Source: Botryllus schlosseri
Lineage: Eukaryota
Assembly: GCA_051294905.1 (NCBI GenBank)
Contig: CM119385.1
Coordinates: 11,036,001 to 11,100,000, forward strand
DNA: 64,000 nucleotides
Direction: 5' to 3'
Position numbers and translations under genes: made by a program
Shown here: positions 25,542 to 34,003 of the stretch, piece after piece
How positions within the stretch are numbered: the first letter of the stretch is position 1
How the letters are laid out: each line of letters opens with the position of its first letter
The notes under the pieces: model-generated
The model's database searches: none
What the model was told of the DNA's origin: nothing
What the model saw: the letters and a program-made list of their open reading frames with translations, nothing else

Positions 25542-26159
25542 AACGCAATAGCACGCTTTCGAAATTGCAGTACAGCACTAGACGGTGCACTCCGAAAAGG
25601 AATTTTTTCACCCTTATCATTCAACAAAGATATTTTTATACGTTCCAATCTATTTATATTTATAGGGAAAAAGAAAGGCTTTATGTAGTATTTGGAAAAC
25701 GCCTTCTTATCTCCCTCGACTTTCACCACTCGCAATAGGCGCTGTAATGTACCATTGGATTCTTGCGGTTCAATAATATCGCAATGAACGTATACAAAGT
25801 CAATCGACGGTAAGGGTGTTATATCGAAATTGAAATGTATTTTTTTCTTTGAGAAAGAATATGCGGATAGCGCTGCTGTATTTGGTAACACGAAAGTCGC
25901 GAGAGTGTAGGCATCTGGAATTTCTATATTCTTCAACGTTGCTGTATAATCGTTCTCTGCAGTCACGATATTGCATTGCGTATCCACTCCTGGATAAAAG
26001 ATATCTGTGATGTCTTCGTGTGGAATTGACACAGTTAGGGTATTGCTCTCAGGAAAACATTTTACTGCTACATCGGGGTTGATACTTTCTATGGTTTTTA
26101 ACATGGCGTAGAGCGAGTCATATTGTCCAATTTTCAGGCGGAATCGTCTAAAGCTTTGT
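25538..26159 (-). pseudogene. 5'-truncated copy of penton-1
   Basis: Matches the 35158-35979 protein from QSFRRFRLK onward; lacks the first ~66 codons. The upstream 'N-terminus' in the ORF track is an alternative frame of ORF182. Confidence 0.8.
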
Positions 26160-26696
26160 CTGAGAATTGTTTGGCATCCATTTTTGATTGCCGTATTGCG
26201 TATTGCTATTTGGAAAGGTACCATTAGCATTGCCAGCATTCCGGAATCTTGCATTGGTATTCGACATGCCACCATTCCCAGCAAAGTTGCCATAACCATT
26301 TGGAAATCCCGCTTTTGCGCGATCCATAGGTTGTATTTGACCATTCGGCGCAATGTAACGCGATGTTTCTTGTAAAATCCACCCCAGCGGTGAATTTTCT
26401 ACGTCATCAACGACGTTCGACGGAGAATATAATATATATTCATCAGCGAGATTGATTTGCTGAAAGTATTCGATACCTTCTCGAGTGTAACACGCAACGA
26501 GCTTCCCATCATGAGTTAAACTTGCTTTGAATCTTTGTATTGCACCATTCGTTGGAAACACACGTACTTGTCGAGCATCGATCAGCTGATCGTCTGCAGT
26601 TTCGATTCGAAGCTTCGATATGTTATTGAAAATGTAAATGTCCTTCCGAAGAGCTCCTTCTGGGAGTTGCGACTCGGCTCTAATTGCTATAGACAT
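26148..26696 (-). CDS. Orphan Maverick protein (182 aa) with Gly/Asn-rich tail; C-terminus clipped by the duplication junction
   Basis: ATG-initiated ORF; its last codons ACA AAG CTT TAG lie inside the duplicated penton sequence. Confidence 0.65.
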   Translation of the reverse strand: MSIAIRAESQLPEGALRKDIYIFNNISKLRIETADDQLIDARQVRVFPTNGAIQRFKASLTHDGKLVACYTREGIEYFQQINLADEYILYSPSNVVDDVENSPLGWILQETSRYIAPNGQIQPMDRAKAGFPNGYGNFAGNGGMSNTNARFRNAGNANGTFPNSNTQYGNQKWMPNNSQTKL

Positions 26697-26806
26697 GATT
26701 CGATCTAAACAATGTCTCTTGAATAGAACTGAAATTATGGAGTAGCTACTGTGGTTTTTATAGACCTCGGCGTGTTCTTTTCTCTGATTTTTTTTTTTTT
26801 AAACTT

Positions 26807-27050
26807 AAATTTAAAATGATTGAATATCTCACACGTTGCGTCGCTGTTTTGCAACTGTCACAGATTCAAATTCAACGCAGCAGCTGTTATTTTTCAAATT
26901 TAAAATGATTATCTCGAACGTTGCGCAACTGTTTCACAACTGCCGCAGATTCAAATTCAACGCCGCAGCTGTTGTTTTTAAATTTAATATATCTCGGACG
27001 TTGCGCAACTGTCACTGGCACAGTTTCAAATTCATAGCCGCAGCTAGTTT
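26807..27050 (+). repeat. Three tandem ~85-bp units in the Maverick intergenic region
   Basis: Units start at 26807, 26896 and 26980 (AAATTTAA...ATCTC..ACGTTGCG...CAGATTCAAATTCAACGC.GCAGCTGTT). Confidence 0.85.
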
Positions 27051-27190
27051 GATAGGTGCATGCGTGTTATTGTGATCGCATACTAGGTGAGGGACCCACG
27101 TGAACACTTATTCATTGGAACTTAAACGCCTTAACCACTCAGCCAACTCAGTATATATTCACGATGTTTAGCCTCAGCTATGCGACCACT

Positions 27191-27398
27191 ATTTAGAGAT
27201 AGCAGTCATTTGCGTTTTTGATATTATAGAGTATTACGATCGAATCGCTACGAGTAACGCACTGTCTAACTCATTGGGGAATTGATTTTTCAACGCGATA
27301 TTTAGAGCTAGCAATGCTAAGTTCCACTAAGTCCGAACAGCTGCGTTTTGTTATTGTTGAGTATCGCGCAGTTGTCAATAGGGAATAGATTTTCAATG
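27191..27398 (+). repeat. Two degenerate ~109-bp tandem units
   Basis: ATTTAGAG.TAGCA...TGCGTTTT...GAGTAT...GGGAAT.GATTTT at 27191 and 27300. Confidence 0.6.
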
Positions 27399-27453
27399 GT
27401 TTAGATACGCTCAGTAGATACGCCGTTTAGACTTTAGTTATTGAGTATTGAGA

Positions 27454-27594
27454 ATGAATACTGAACAAGCCGTAAATGACGAGATGGAACAAGTCGCAGT
27501 AGATAACGAAAGTAGTACGACTCAAGTTGACGTGATTGACATCACCGGCGATGATTGCAGTAAAGCTAAATCAACCAGCGAAGATTTTGAATAA
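27454..27594 (+). CDS. 46-aa acidic micropeptide with a SUMO-interacting motif
   Basis: MNTEQAVNDEMEQVAVDNESSTTQVDVIDITGDDCSKAKSTSEDFE*; below the ORF-track cut-off. Confidence 0.55.
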   Translation: MNTEQAVNDEMEQVAVDNESSTTQVDVIDITGDDCSKAKSTSEDFE

Positions 27595-27622
27595 CAATCC
27601 TTAACTTTTTGTTATAATTCAA

Positions 27623-27860
27623 CGATTGCGTATTGCAGCATGTATAGTATTGATTACTTCATATGCATAGTTGATTACTTTAGTTATTACGAGAGCGTCA
27701 TTGCTTAGTTACAGTACCGCTGAGATATGATTGCGTCCAGTCCAATAACACCGAGAAATACGTTATTACGATTGTGTAGTTGAAGCATGTTCATGATTAC
27801 GTCATATGCGTAGTTGATTACTTTAGTAACGCTGAGATATGATTACTGCGTTGATTGCCT
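27623..27860 (+). promoter_or_regulatory. Internal copy of TIR promoter modules upstream of ORF217/pPolB
   Basis: Shares GATTGCGTATTGCAGCATGT, AGTAACGCTGAGATAT, AGTTGATTAC and CATGATTACGTCA blocks with 23840-23995. Confidence 0.65.
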
Positions 27861-27917
27861 TTGCAGTTGAAGCAAGTGCAAGGCAATATATAACGTGTAA
27901 TATTTAGTACATGACAT

Positions 27918-28571
27918 ATGTTTTTGAGTAGTGATATAGCAAGCTATGTATTGAGTACTTTTGAAAAGTTAAATGCCGACAAATCTATTTGCATGTTTCC
28001 GAATTGTGCTATTGTTTTCATTAATAATGCTGCTCTCCTAGAGACTATTATGACACGTACAGCTGTGAACTGTGATTATGGCTTGATTAAGCCTGCCTCT
28101 TTCTGGATGTTTTGTAAAAATGGCTCTGAGATCATTAATTCAATCTTTTATTGTTTGCAGCTCAGTATGGATAACTTTATTGACATAAGTGACTTGTTAG
28201 ATATGAACGCACCTCATCAAAGTGTAACGATGCAGGCTCCGAGAAAAGACATGAACAAGATATATCAGAGTCAAAATGAAAGCCGAAAGCGCTCGCGTCA
28301 AGACACTATGTCTTTGATCGAAGGTCTAGTTGACGACGATTTGAAGATGGAAGCTATGTGGAATCGACTTGTTTCGATGGAAGTATTTGACCAAGACTAC
28401 TCGAAAAATTTTCTAAACATAATTAAAAACACCATGAAAGACATTGAAAAACTATCTAGTGACTCGAATGCTTGCATTGTTGAGATTCAGCGTCTTGAAA
28501 AAATTAAGTTTGTGTTTCTATACGGTGTGATTAAATGTAAACTGCGCTTGAAATATGGATTCAATTTCTAA
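27918..28571 (+). CDS. Orphan Maverick protein, 217 aa
   Basis: ATG ORF overlapping the pPolB start; basic patch SRKRSR and helical C-terminal part; no family recognised. Confidence 0.7.
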   Translation: MFLSSDIASYVLSTFEKLNADKSICMFPNCAIVFINNAALLETIMTRTAVNCDYGLIKPASFWMFCKNGSEIINSIFYCLQLSMDNFIDISDLLDMNAPHQSVTMQAPRKDMNKIYQSQNESRKRSRQDTMSLIEGLVDDDLKMEAMWNRLVSMEVFDQDYSKNFLNIIKNTMKDIEKLSSDSNACIVEIQRLEKIKFVFLYGVIKCKLRLKYGFNF

Positions 28572-31500
28572 TATATGTACTGACTATTGTCTTGGTATTT
28601 TTCAGATACTAGTATCTATGGCGCGACGCAGGCGATATGGAGATCGTGGATTTCTGGTCGACGAAACGCTGGGTTTCGAACAAGACGGCATAGAGGTGAT
28701 TGAAAGACACTACGATTCCATCATCGATTCGACATGGACTTCAAGAAACAACTTACGAGAAATCATCAACATTCGAATGGTCGGAAGAGGTCCGCTCGAA
28801 ATTCACGCGCGTATTGCAGACATTTACCCCAGAAGATATCGTCAGTTCAAGATGAATTTCGCGTATGGGTACTTATTATTCAACCGTGACACATCCAGAT
28901 ATAGTTATTATCATCCTCAGAGTTCTCAAGCGGTTTTTACTGTCCCTAAAACTATCATATCACGCGAAGATTTCGATTCCGTCACGAATGAGATCGATTT
29001 GACGGCAGGTTTTGAATATGCCAATCGAGTGCGACCAGATACGAAATTCTACTGTGCTGATGTGTTGCATATTTCCATTTACATTTATGAGATGGATAGA
29101 GCTTTACTTGGTGGAAGTACTATCATTTCCCCGGAGATGCAAGCATTAAGCAAATGTAACTATATCATGACTTTCCTGCGTAACCAAAAAGGCAAAGCAT
29201 ATGAGGATTCTTTGTGTATTTTCCGCTGCGTTTCATATAGCATGAAAAAAAAGCGTAATGAAACACATGTTCGGCAATTGGCCGCGCAATTCACAGCCCG
29301 TTACGATATCTCGACTGAGAACGGAGTAGCTTTTGAAGACTTATCAAAAGTTGAGGATTGTTTTCAAGTTCAAATACTGCTTTATGAAAAACGTAATCAA
29401 GGCACAGTCATGCTGCGTAATTCTCATGCTAATGGAATGACTATACCTATTCACATGCAAGATCATCACTGTTGCCTGATTAGGGACCTGACATTGTACA
29501 CGTCTACCTATATGTGTGACAAGTGTAAATTTTTCTTTACTAGAAAAGATAATTTGATAGAGCATATGAAAAGCATTGATTGTGAGCGTCCTCAAAAACA
29601 GCGACACGGTTTCGGTATTTATCGCCCTAAGATGACTGTGTTTGAGCGAATGGCCGAACAAGGAATTTTGGTTAGCTCTGAAAAACGATATTACCCCTTC
29701 CGAATCGCTTATGATTTCGAGAGTTTACTAGAAAAAGAAAATCTTCGAGCTGACACACCGAAAGTTGAAATTGTCAACAAGCATGTTGCGGTATCGGTAT
29801 CTCTCTCAGATAATGTTACGAATGAAACGCATACACTCATTTCCAACGGTGATCCCAACGTTTTAATCAACGATATGGTGGCAAAACTATATGAAATTCA
29901 AAACGTCGCATCTTCGCATATGCGGCAGTTATTTGAAGAAGAATTGAAAGATTTTCGCATGTTAATAGAGCATCGCAATGCAATTGAACCAGGCAAAACT
30001 CGCTATTTAGATCGCTTGTATCGTCACTTCGAAATTTGGTTGGATCAAATACCTGTGATTGGATTCAACTCGGCTCGTTACGACTTGAATCTTTGTAAAA
30101 AATATTTGATTCCTATACTGCAAGAAGAAAGTGGATTTTTTGTTTTGAAACGAAACAGCGCATATCTGACCATCAGTACCAACCGATTGAAATTCCTTGA
30201 TATTTCACTGTTTCTGTCACCGGGTTATAGTTTGGACGCGTACTTGAAAATTTATGGAAATGGGGTGGACAAAAAATTCTATTTTCCATACGAGTACATG
30301 ACTTGTATTGATAAATTGAATGACACGCAATTACCTCCACACGAGATGTTCTATAGCAGTCATCGAGGCACTAATATCACCGCGGCGCAATACCAAGAAT
30401 GCGTAGATATGTGGAATCGTCTGCAAATGAAAACCATGCGAGACTTTCTAACTTTTTATAACGAAAGTGACGTGATTGGCTTTCTGGTTGCGTTAGGTAA
30501 TAACGCTGCCTTTTATCAAAAGTTGGGTATTGACATGTTCAAATCTGCTATCAGTTTACCAAGCATAGCCAATCGACTCATGTTTGCAGAATGTTATGAC
30601 ATCGCGCTGTTCAGTAAAGCGAATGCTGATCTCCATCAAACTGTAGTGAGCAATCTATTCGGTGGTCTGTCACAAATATCGACACGATTTGCAATGAAAG
30701 ACGAAACGAAAATTCGTGAAATACAGTACGGCGACGCAGCGAAATACGTGAAAAAGATAATCGGATATGACGCAAATTCGCTCTACCTCGCATCCATCGA
30801 TCAATGCATGCCGTGTGGATTTCCAATCAGGTGGTTGTATGACGAAACCAAACAAAAATTTCACAGAAAGCCAATTTACCCTGCGATGGCAGAACTCGAA
30901 TGGCTTACTTATGAAAGTTATCAGCGCGATATTTCAATTCAACACGCCTGGAACGGCAAGCAAGCTAAACTTGGCTCGCGTCAAATTTCGGTTGATGGCT
31001 TTTCGCTTGAATATCAATTGATATTCCAATATCATGGATGTTTTTTTCATTGTTGTGATCGGTGCTATAAGGACGACGCAAACATTGAGCGACGTATTAA
31101 AACAGAAGAAATCACTGCCTATCTCGAAGAGTTGGGATACACGATAATATCAATACGCGAATGTGAATGGAATCGCATGAAACTCAACCCTGACATTGCG
31201 CAGTTTGTTTCGTCACTACAAAGAAATGTAACAAAAGAATATTATCTCACTGCGAATCAACTATTAGATCGCGTATTTCATCAACAGTTCTTTGGGGCAT
31301 TGGAAGTCGATGCGTACTGCCCCGATGAATTAAAAGCAAAATATGCAGAATTTCCGCCATTTTGTAAACATATCTCGGTGGATTTATGCGATGTCGGCGA
31401 ACATATGCGCGAATATGCCCGTCAAAACAATGTGAAATTTCCAAAGAAGTTTTTGGGCTCTAGTTATTTCACTGAGAAACAACTAATTACAAGTGATTTG

Positions 31501-32484
31501 TTGGGTTGGTACATGGATCACGGTATGATTATTACACGCATATATCAAGCCGTGGAATACGAAGCCAAACGACCATTTCAAAAGTTTGTAAATTCTGTCG
31601 TAACGCAAAGGCGAAAGGGTGATGTAACCCCTAAAGACCCAGCACGTGAAATGGAGGCCTTGACCTTCAAATTATGTGGAAATTCCGCGTTTGGGTCCAC
31701 TATACAGAACCCAATGAAGTACAGAAACCATACCTATGTAAAAGGTGATGAGTTGAAATCACACATTCAGAAAAAAAACTTTATTGACGCCGATGAACTT
31801 TCTGAAGATCTGATCGAGGTTAGCTCGTTACCAGATTCAATTGACGTCGATCAACCGATCATTGTAGGTCTATTCATCTTTAACTCCAGTAAATTACGCA
31901 TGCTTTCGTTTCTGTATGACTTTTTACATGAGTATTTAGAGGAATGCGACTTCAGTTATTTGGAGGGAGATACTGATAGCCAATATCTGAGTTTATCAGC
32001 TGATTCAATCTACTCCCTAATTAAACCTTCGCGAAGGAAAGAATTTTTTCAAGTTCATGATGAATGGCTCATACAGAGAGCTTGCGCGCTGCATCGAGCA
32101 GACTTTGAGCGTGATCCGATCGCTTTCAAAACCACCGAACCGTGCTGTGTCGCTGCTTACAATTATGCTAAACGAATTCCTGGTCTGTTCAAAGTAGAAT
32201 GGGAGGGTCATGGGTTTATTGGATTGAACTCGAAAACGTATTACTGCAAGGGTGAGACTGATAAATATTCATCCAAAGGTTTGAGTAAATCCGCCTCTAA
32301 GACCTTCAAGGATTTTGAAGGCGTGTTGCAAAACCGTTCCACTTGCGGCGGGATTAATTCTGGGTTTCGCTGTTTTAATGGTAATATTTTTACTTATAAG
32401 CAATATCGTTCTGCTTTGTCGTATGGTTACTATAAAAGAGTTGTTTTGCCGGATGGCATACATACTGTACCGCTTTCATTGTAA
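28555..32484 (+). CDS. Protein-primed family B DNA polymerase (pPolB), 1309 aa
   Basis: Exo I AYDFES, Exo II GFNSARYD, Exo III YNESDV; motif A GYDANSLY, motif B KLCGNSAFG, motif C GDTDS; Zn finger CDKC..H and a Vsr-like insertion VDG...QYHGCFFHC. Confidence 0.97.
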   Translation: MDSISNICTDYCLGIFQILVSMARRRRYGDRGFLVDETLGFEQDGIEVIERHYDSIIDSTWTSRNNLREIINIRMVGRGPLEIHARIADIYPRRYRQFKMNFAYGYLLFNRDTSRYSYYHPQSSQAVFTVPKTIISREDFDSVTNEIDLTAGFEYANRVRPDTKFYCADVLHISIYIYEMDRALLGGSTIISPEMQALSKCNYIMTFLRNQKGKAYEDSLCIFRCVSYSMKKKRNETHVRQLAAQFTARYDISTENGVAFEDLSKVEDCFQVQILLYEKRNQGTVMLRNSHANGMTIPIHMQDHHCCLIRDLTLYTSTYMCDKCKFFFTRKDNLIEHMKSIDCERPQKQRHGFGIYRPKMTVFERMAEQGILVSSEKRYYPFRIAYDFESLLEKENLRADTPKVEIVNKHVAVSVSLSDNVTNETHTLISNGDPNVLINDMVAKLYEIQNVASSHMRQLFEEELKDFRMLIEHRNAIEPGKTRYLDRLYRHFEIWLDQIPVIGFNSARYDLNLCKKYLIPILQEESGFFVLKRNSAYLTISTNRLKFLDISLFLSPGYSLDAYLKIYGNGVDKKFYFPYEYMTCIDKLNDTQLPPHEMFYSSHRGTNITAAQYQECVDMWNRLQMKTMRDFLTFYNESDVIGFLVALGNNAAFYQKLGIDMFKSAISLPSIANRLMFAECYDIALFSKANADLHQTVVSNLFGGLSQISTRFAMKDETKIREIQYGDAAKYVKKIIGYDANSLYLASIDQCMPCGFPIRWLYDETKQKFHRKPIYPAMAELEWLTYESYQRDISIQHAWNGKQAKLGSRQISVDGFSLEYQLIFQYHGCFFHCCDRCYKDDANIERRIKTEEITAYLEELGYTIISIRECEWNRMKLNPDIAQFVSSLQRNVTKEYYLTANQLLDRVFHQQFFGALEVDAYCPDELKAKYAEFPPFCKHISVDLCDVGEHMREYARQNNVKFPKKFLGSSYFTEKQLITSDLLGWYMDHGMIITRIYQAVEYEAKRPFQKFVNSVVTQRRKGDVTPKDPAREMEALTFKLCGNSAFGSTIQNPMKYRNHTYVKGDELKSHIQKKNFIDADELSEDLIEVSSLPDSIDVDQPIIVGLFIFNSSKLRMLSFLYDFLHEYLEECDFSYLEGDTDSQYLSLSADSIYSLIKPSRRKEFFQVHDEWLIQRACALHRADFERDPIAFKTTEPCCVAAYNYAKRIPGLFKVEWEGHGFIGLNSKTYYCKGETDKYSSKGLSKSASKTFKDFEGVLQNRSTCGGINSGFRCFNGNIFTYKQYRSALSYGYYKRVVLPDGIHTVPLSL

Positions 32485-32488
32485 TAAA

Positions 32489-33109
32489 ATGAACCGTGCA
32501 CGTGTTTTATACTCGCCTCTTCGTATGATAATTAGTGGAGCATCGTCCAGTGGAAAAACAGTTTTCGCCTATAGAATCATACAAAATGCCGACAAGCTCA
32601 TCGTACCTCGACCGAGAAAGATCATCTGGTTATATAATAACTATCAACCGTTGTATGATAAGATGAAAGGAGTGTCATTTTACAAGGGTCTAGACAAGTT
32701 GAAAGATTTACAGAGAGCTAATAGTGAACATACGTTAATTGTGCTAGATGACATGATGACGCAAGCAAGTCAAGTGCGTGAACTGTTCACCAGATATAGT
32801 CATCACATGTCGCTCTCAGTGGTGTTTCTCTGTCAAAATCTATTTCACCGTGGAGCAGGCTTCCGTGACATTACGCTGTCTAGCAACTATATTGTCATCA
32901 TGAAAAATCCTCGTGATTCCGCCCAGATTCGATATCTTTCACGTCAAATGTTTCCAGATAAACCAAATTTTCTCACGGAAGCCTACAAGAGAGCAACTCG
33001 TAAGCCTTATAGTTATATCATGGTTGATTTGACGCAGGAAACACCCGAACAGTATCGACTTCGCAGCAACATTTTTCCAAGCGAACGTATGACCGTGTAT
33101 TTGGAATAA
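32489..33109 (+). CDS. A32/FtsK-like DNA packaging ATPase, 206 aa (start MNRARV)
   Basis: Walker A GASSSGKT, Walker B LIVLDD, FLCQNLF motif. Confidence 0.93.
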   Translation: MNRARVLYSPLRMIISGASSSGKTVFAYRIIQNADKLIVPRPRKIIWLYNNYQPLYDKMKGVSFYKGLDKLKDLQRANSEHTLIVLDDMMTQASQVRELFTRYSHHMSLSVVFLCQNLFHRGAGFRDITLSSNYIVIMKNPRDSAQIRYLSRQMFPDKPNFLTEAYKRATRKPYSYIMVDLTQETPEQYRLRSNIFPSERMTVYLE

Positions 33110-33144
33110 ATAGCGCTGTACTCGAACATCCACTATCATTCGCA

Positions 33145-33549
33145 ATGGCGAGGTCACGCGGTGTTTTGAAAAAAACTTTAAATAATCATCTTATCAAGTT
33201 GAAGCTGCTAAAGAGTGCTAAAAAGAAGGAACGTAACGAGTTATTAACTCACAAAGCTTTTACTAGCTGTGTGTGTGAGTGTCTTCGTAACCTTGTCTCG
33301 GGCAATATAGCTATTTCAAGTACGAGTAAGGCACGATTGAAGAAGCATAAAACTAACATTCGCAAAGTGTTGTGCTGTAAATCTCAAAAACAGAAGCAAA
33401 AAACATTACAACAGGGTGGCTTTTTATCAGGTGAATATACATGCGATTCGATTCGATTCATGATCTAACTTTAATGATTGATAGCGATCTTAAGTGCTGC
33501 AATTCCGATTATTGGAAGTCTGTTGGGCGGATTGACTAGACATGCGTGA
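33145..33549 (+). CDS. Basic core protein (pVII/PW-like), spliced: exons 33145-33430 and 33485-33549, 116 aa
   Basis: CECLRNLVSGN and QQGG|F adenain-type site; removing the GT-AG intron restores the amphipathic end QQGGFLSAILSAAIPIIGSLLGGLTRHA. Confidence 0.8.
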
Positions 33550-34003
33550 ATTGTACTTCCCGTCTTTACAATCAAAAGACGCCTACGAAAAGAAATTCAA
33601 TGAACATATCGCAAGCATCAGGGACTCTGATTTGACACGCACCGAAAAATTAGCACTATTTCAACACGGCATTAGACTATTGAGAAATCTACGTGCAAAT
33701 AAGAAATTGATCAAGTCGTCGTCCCGCGCACCCGCAGCGCCCGCTACCGATGAAACAATTGCCGCGTCGCATCCGCCCGGAGCGGCGCCCGCTATTAATA
33801 ACACATTTGACGCGACACCTCCGCCCGCAACACCCGAGATTTGGAACAATTACGAAGCGGTAACTCCACCCCATACACCTAAAACTTCAAAGAAAAAAGT
33901 TAAAAAGAAGAAAGCCAATAAACCTCCAGTTAATTGGCAAAGCATTGACGGTCCGCGCAAACGAAAGCCGAATCAACGCTACACAGGAAAGTTATGGACA
34001 TGA
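33542..34003 (+). CDS. Maverick virion/core-type protein, Pro/Ala-rich middle and Lys-rich tail, 153 aa
   Basis: ATG overlaps the spliced upstream stop; helical IRDSDLTRTEKLALFQ segment is like the conserved small ORF found before Maverick integrases. Confidence 0.7.
   Translation: MRELYFPSLQSKDAYEKKFNEHIASIRDSDLTRTEKLALFQHGIRLLRNLRANKKLIKSSSRAPAAPATDETIAASHPPGAAPAINNTFDATPPPATPEIWNNYEAVTPPHTPKTSKKKVKKKKANKPPVNWQSIDGPRKRKPNQRYTGKLWT

Larger units (their letters stand above)
24618..26159 (-). repeat. Inverted, diverged duplicate of capsid block 35358-36882
   Basis: Reverse-complement match from GTGTGAAGTAGT to AAAGCTTTGT; 1542 vs 1525 bp (17-bp indel); 3 substitutions in the first 101 nt of penton-2. 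Confidence 0.95.

Noticed and set aside
25538-26353. 271-aa ORF as a novel fusion penton
   Set aside because: Its N-terminal ~65 aa is an alternative frame of ORF182 across the duplication junction, with no clear ATG at the track start; treated as a truncated penton-1 copy.
27918-28150. PC4-like ssDNA-binding domain in ORF217
   Set aside because: Only a faint resemblance (GLIKPASFW); the other PC4 motifs are absent.
32315-32488. N-terminal hydrophobic extension of the ATPase in the ORF track
   Set aside because: It overlaps the pPolB 3' end in another frame; the ATG at 32489, just after the pPolB stop, is the better start.
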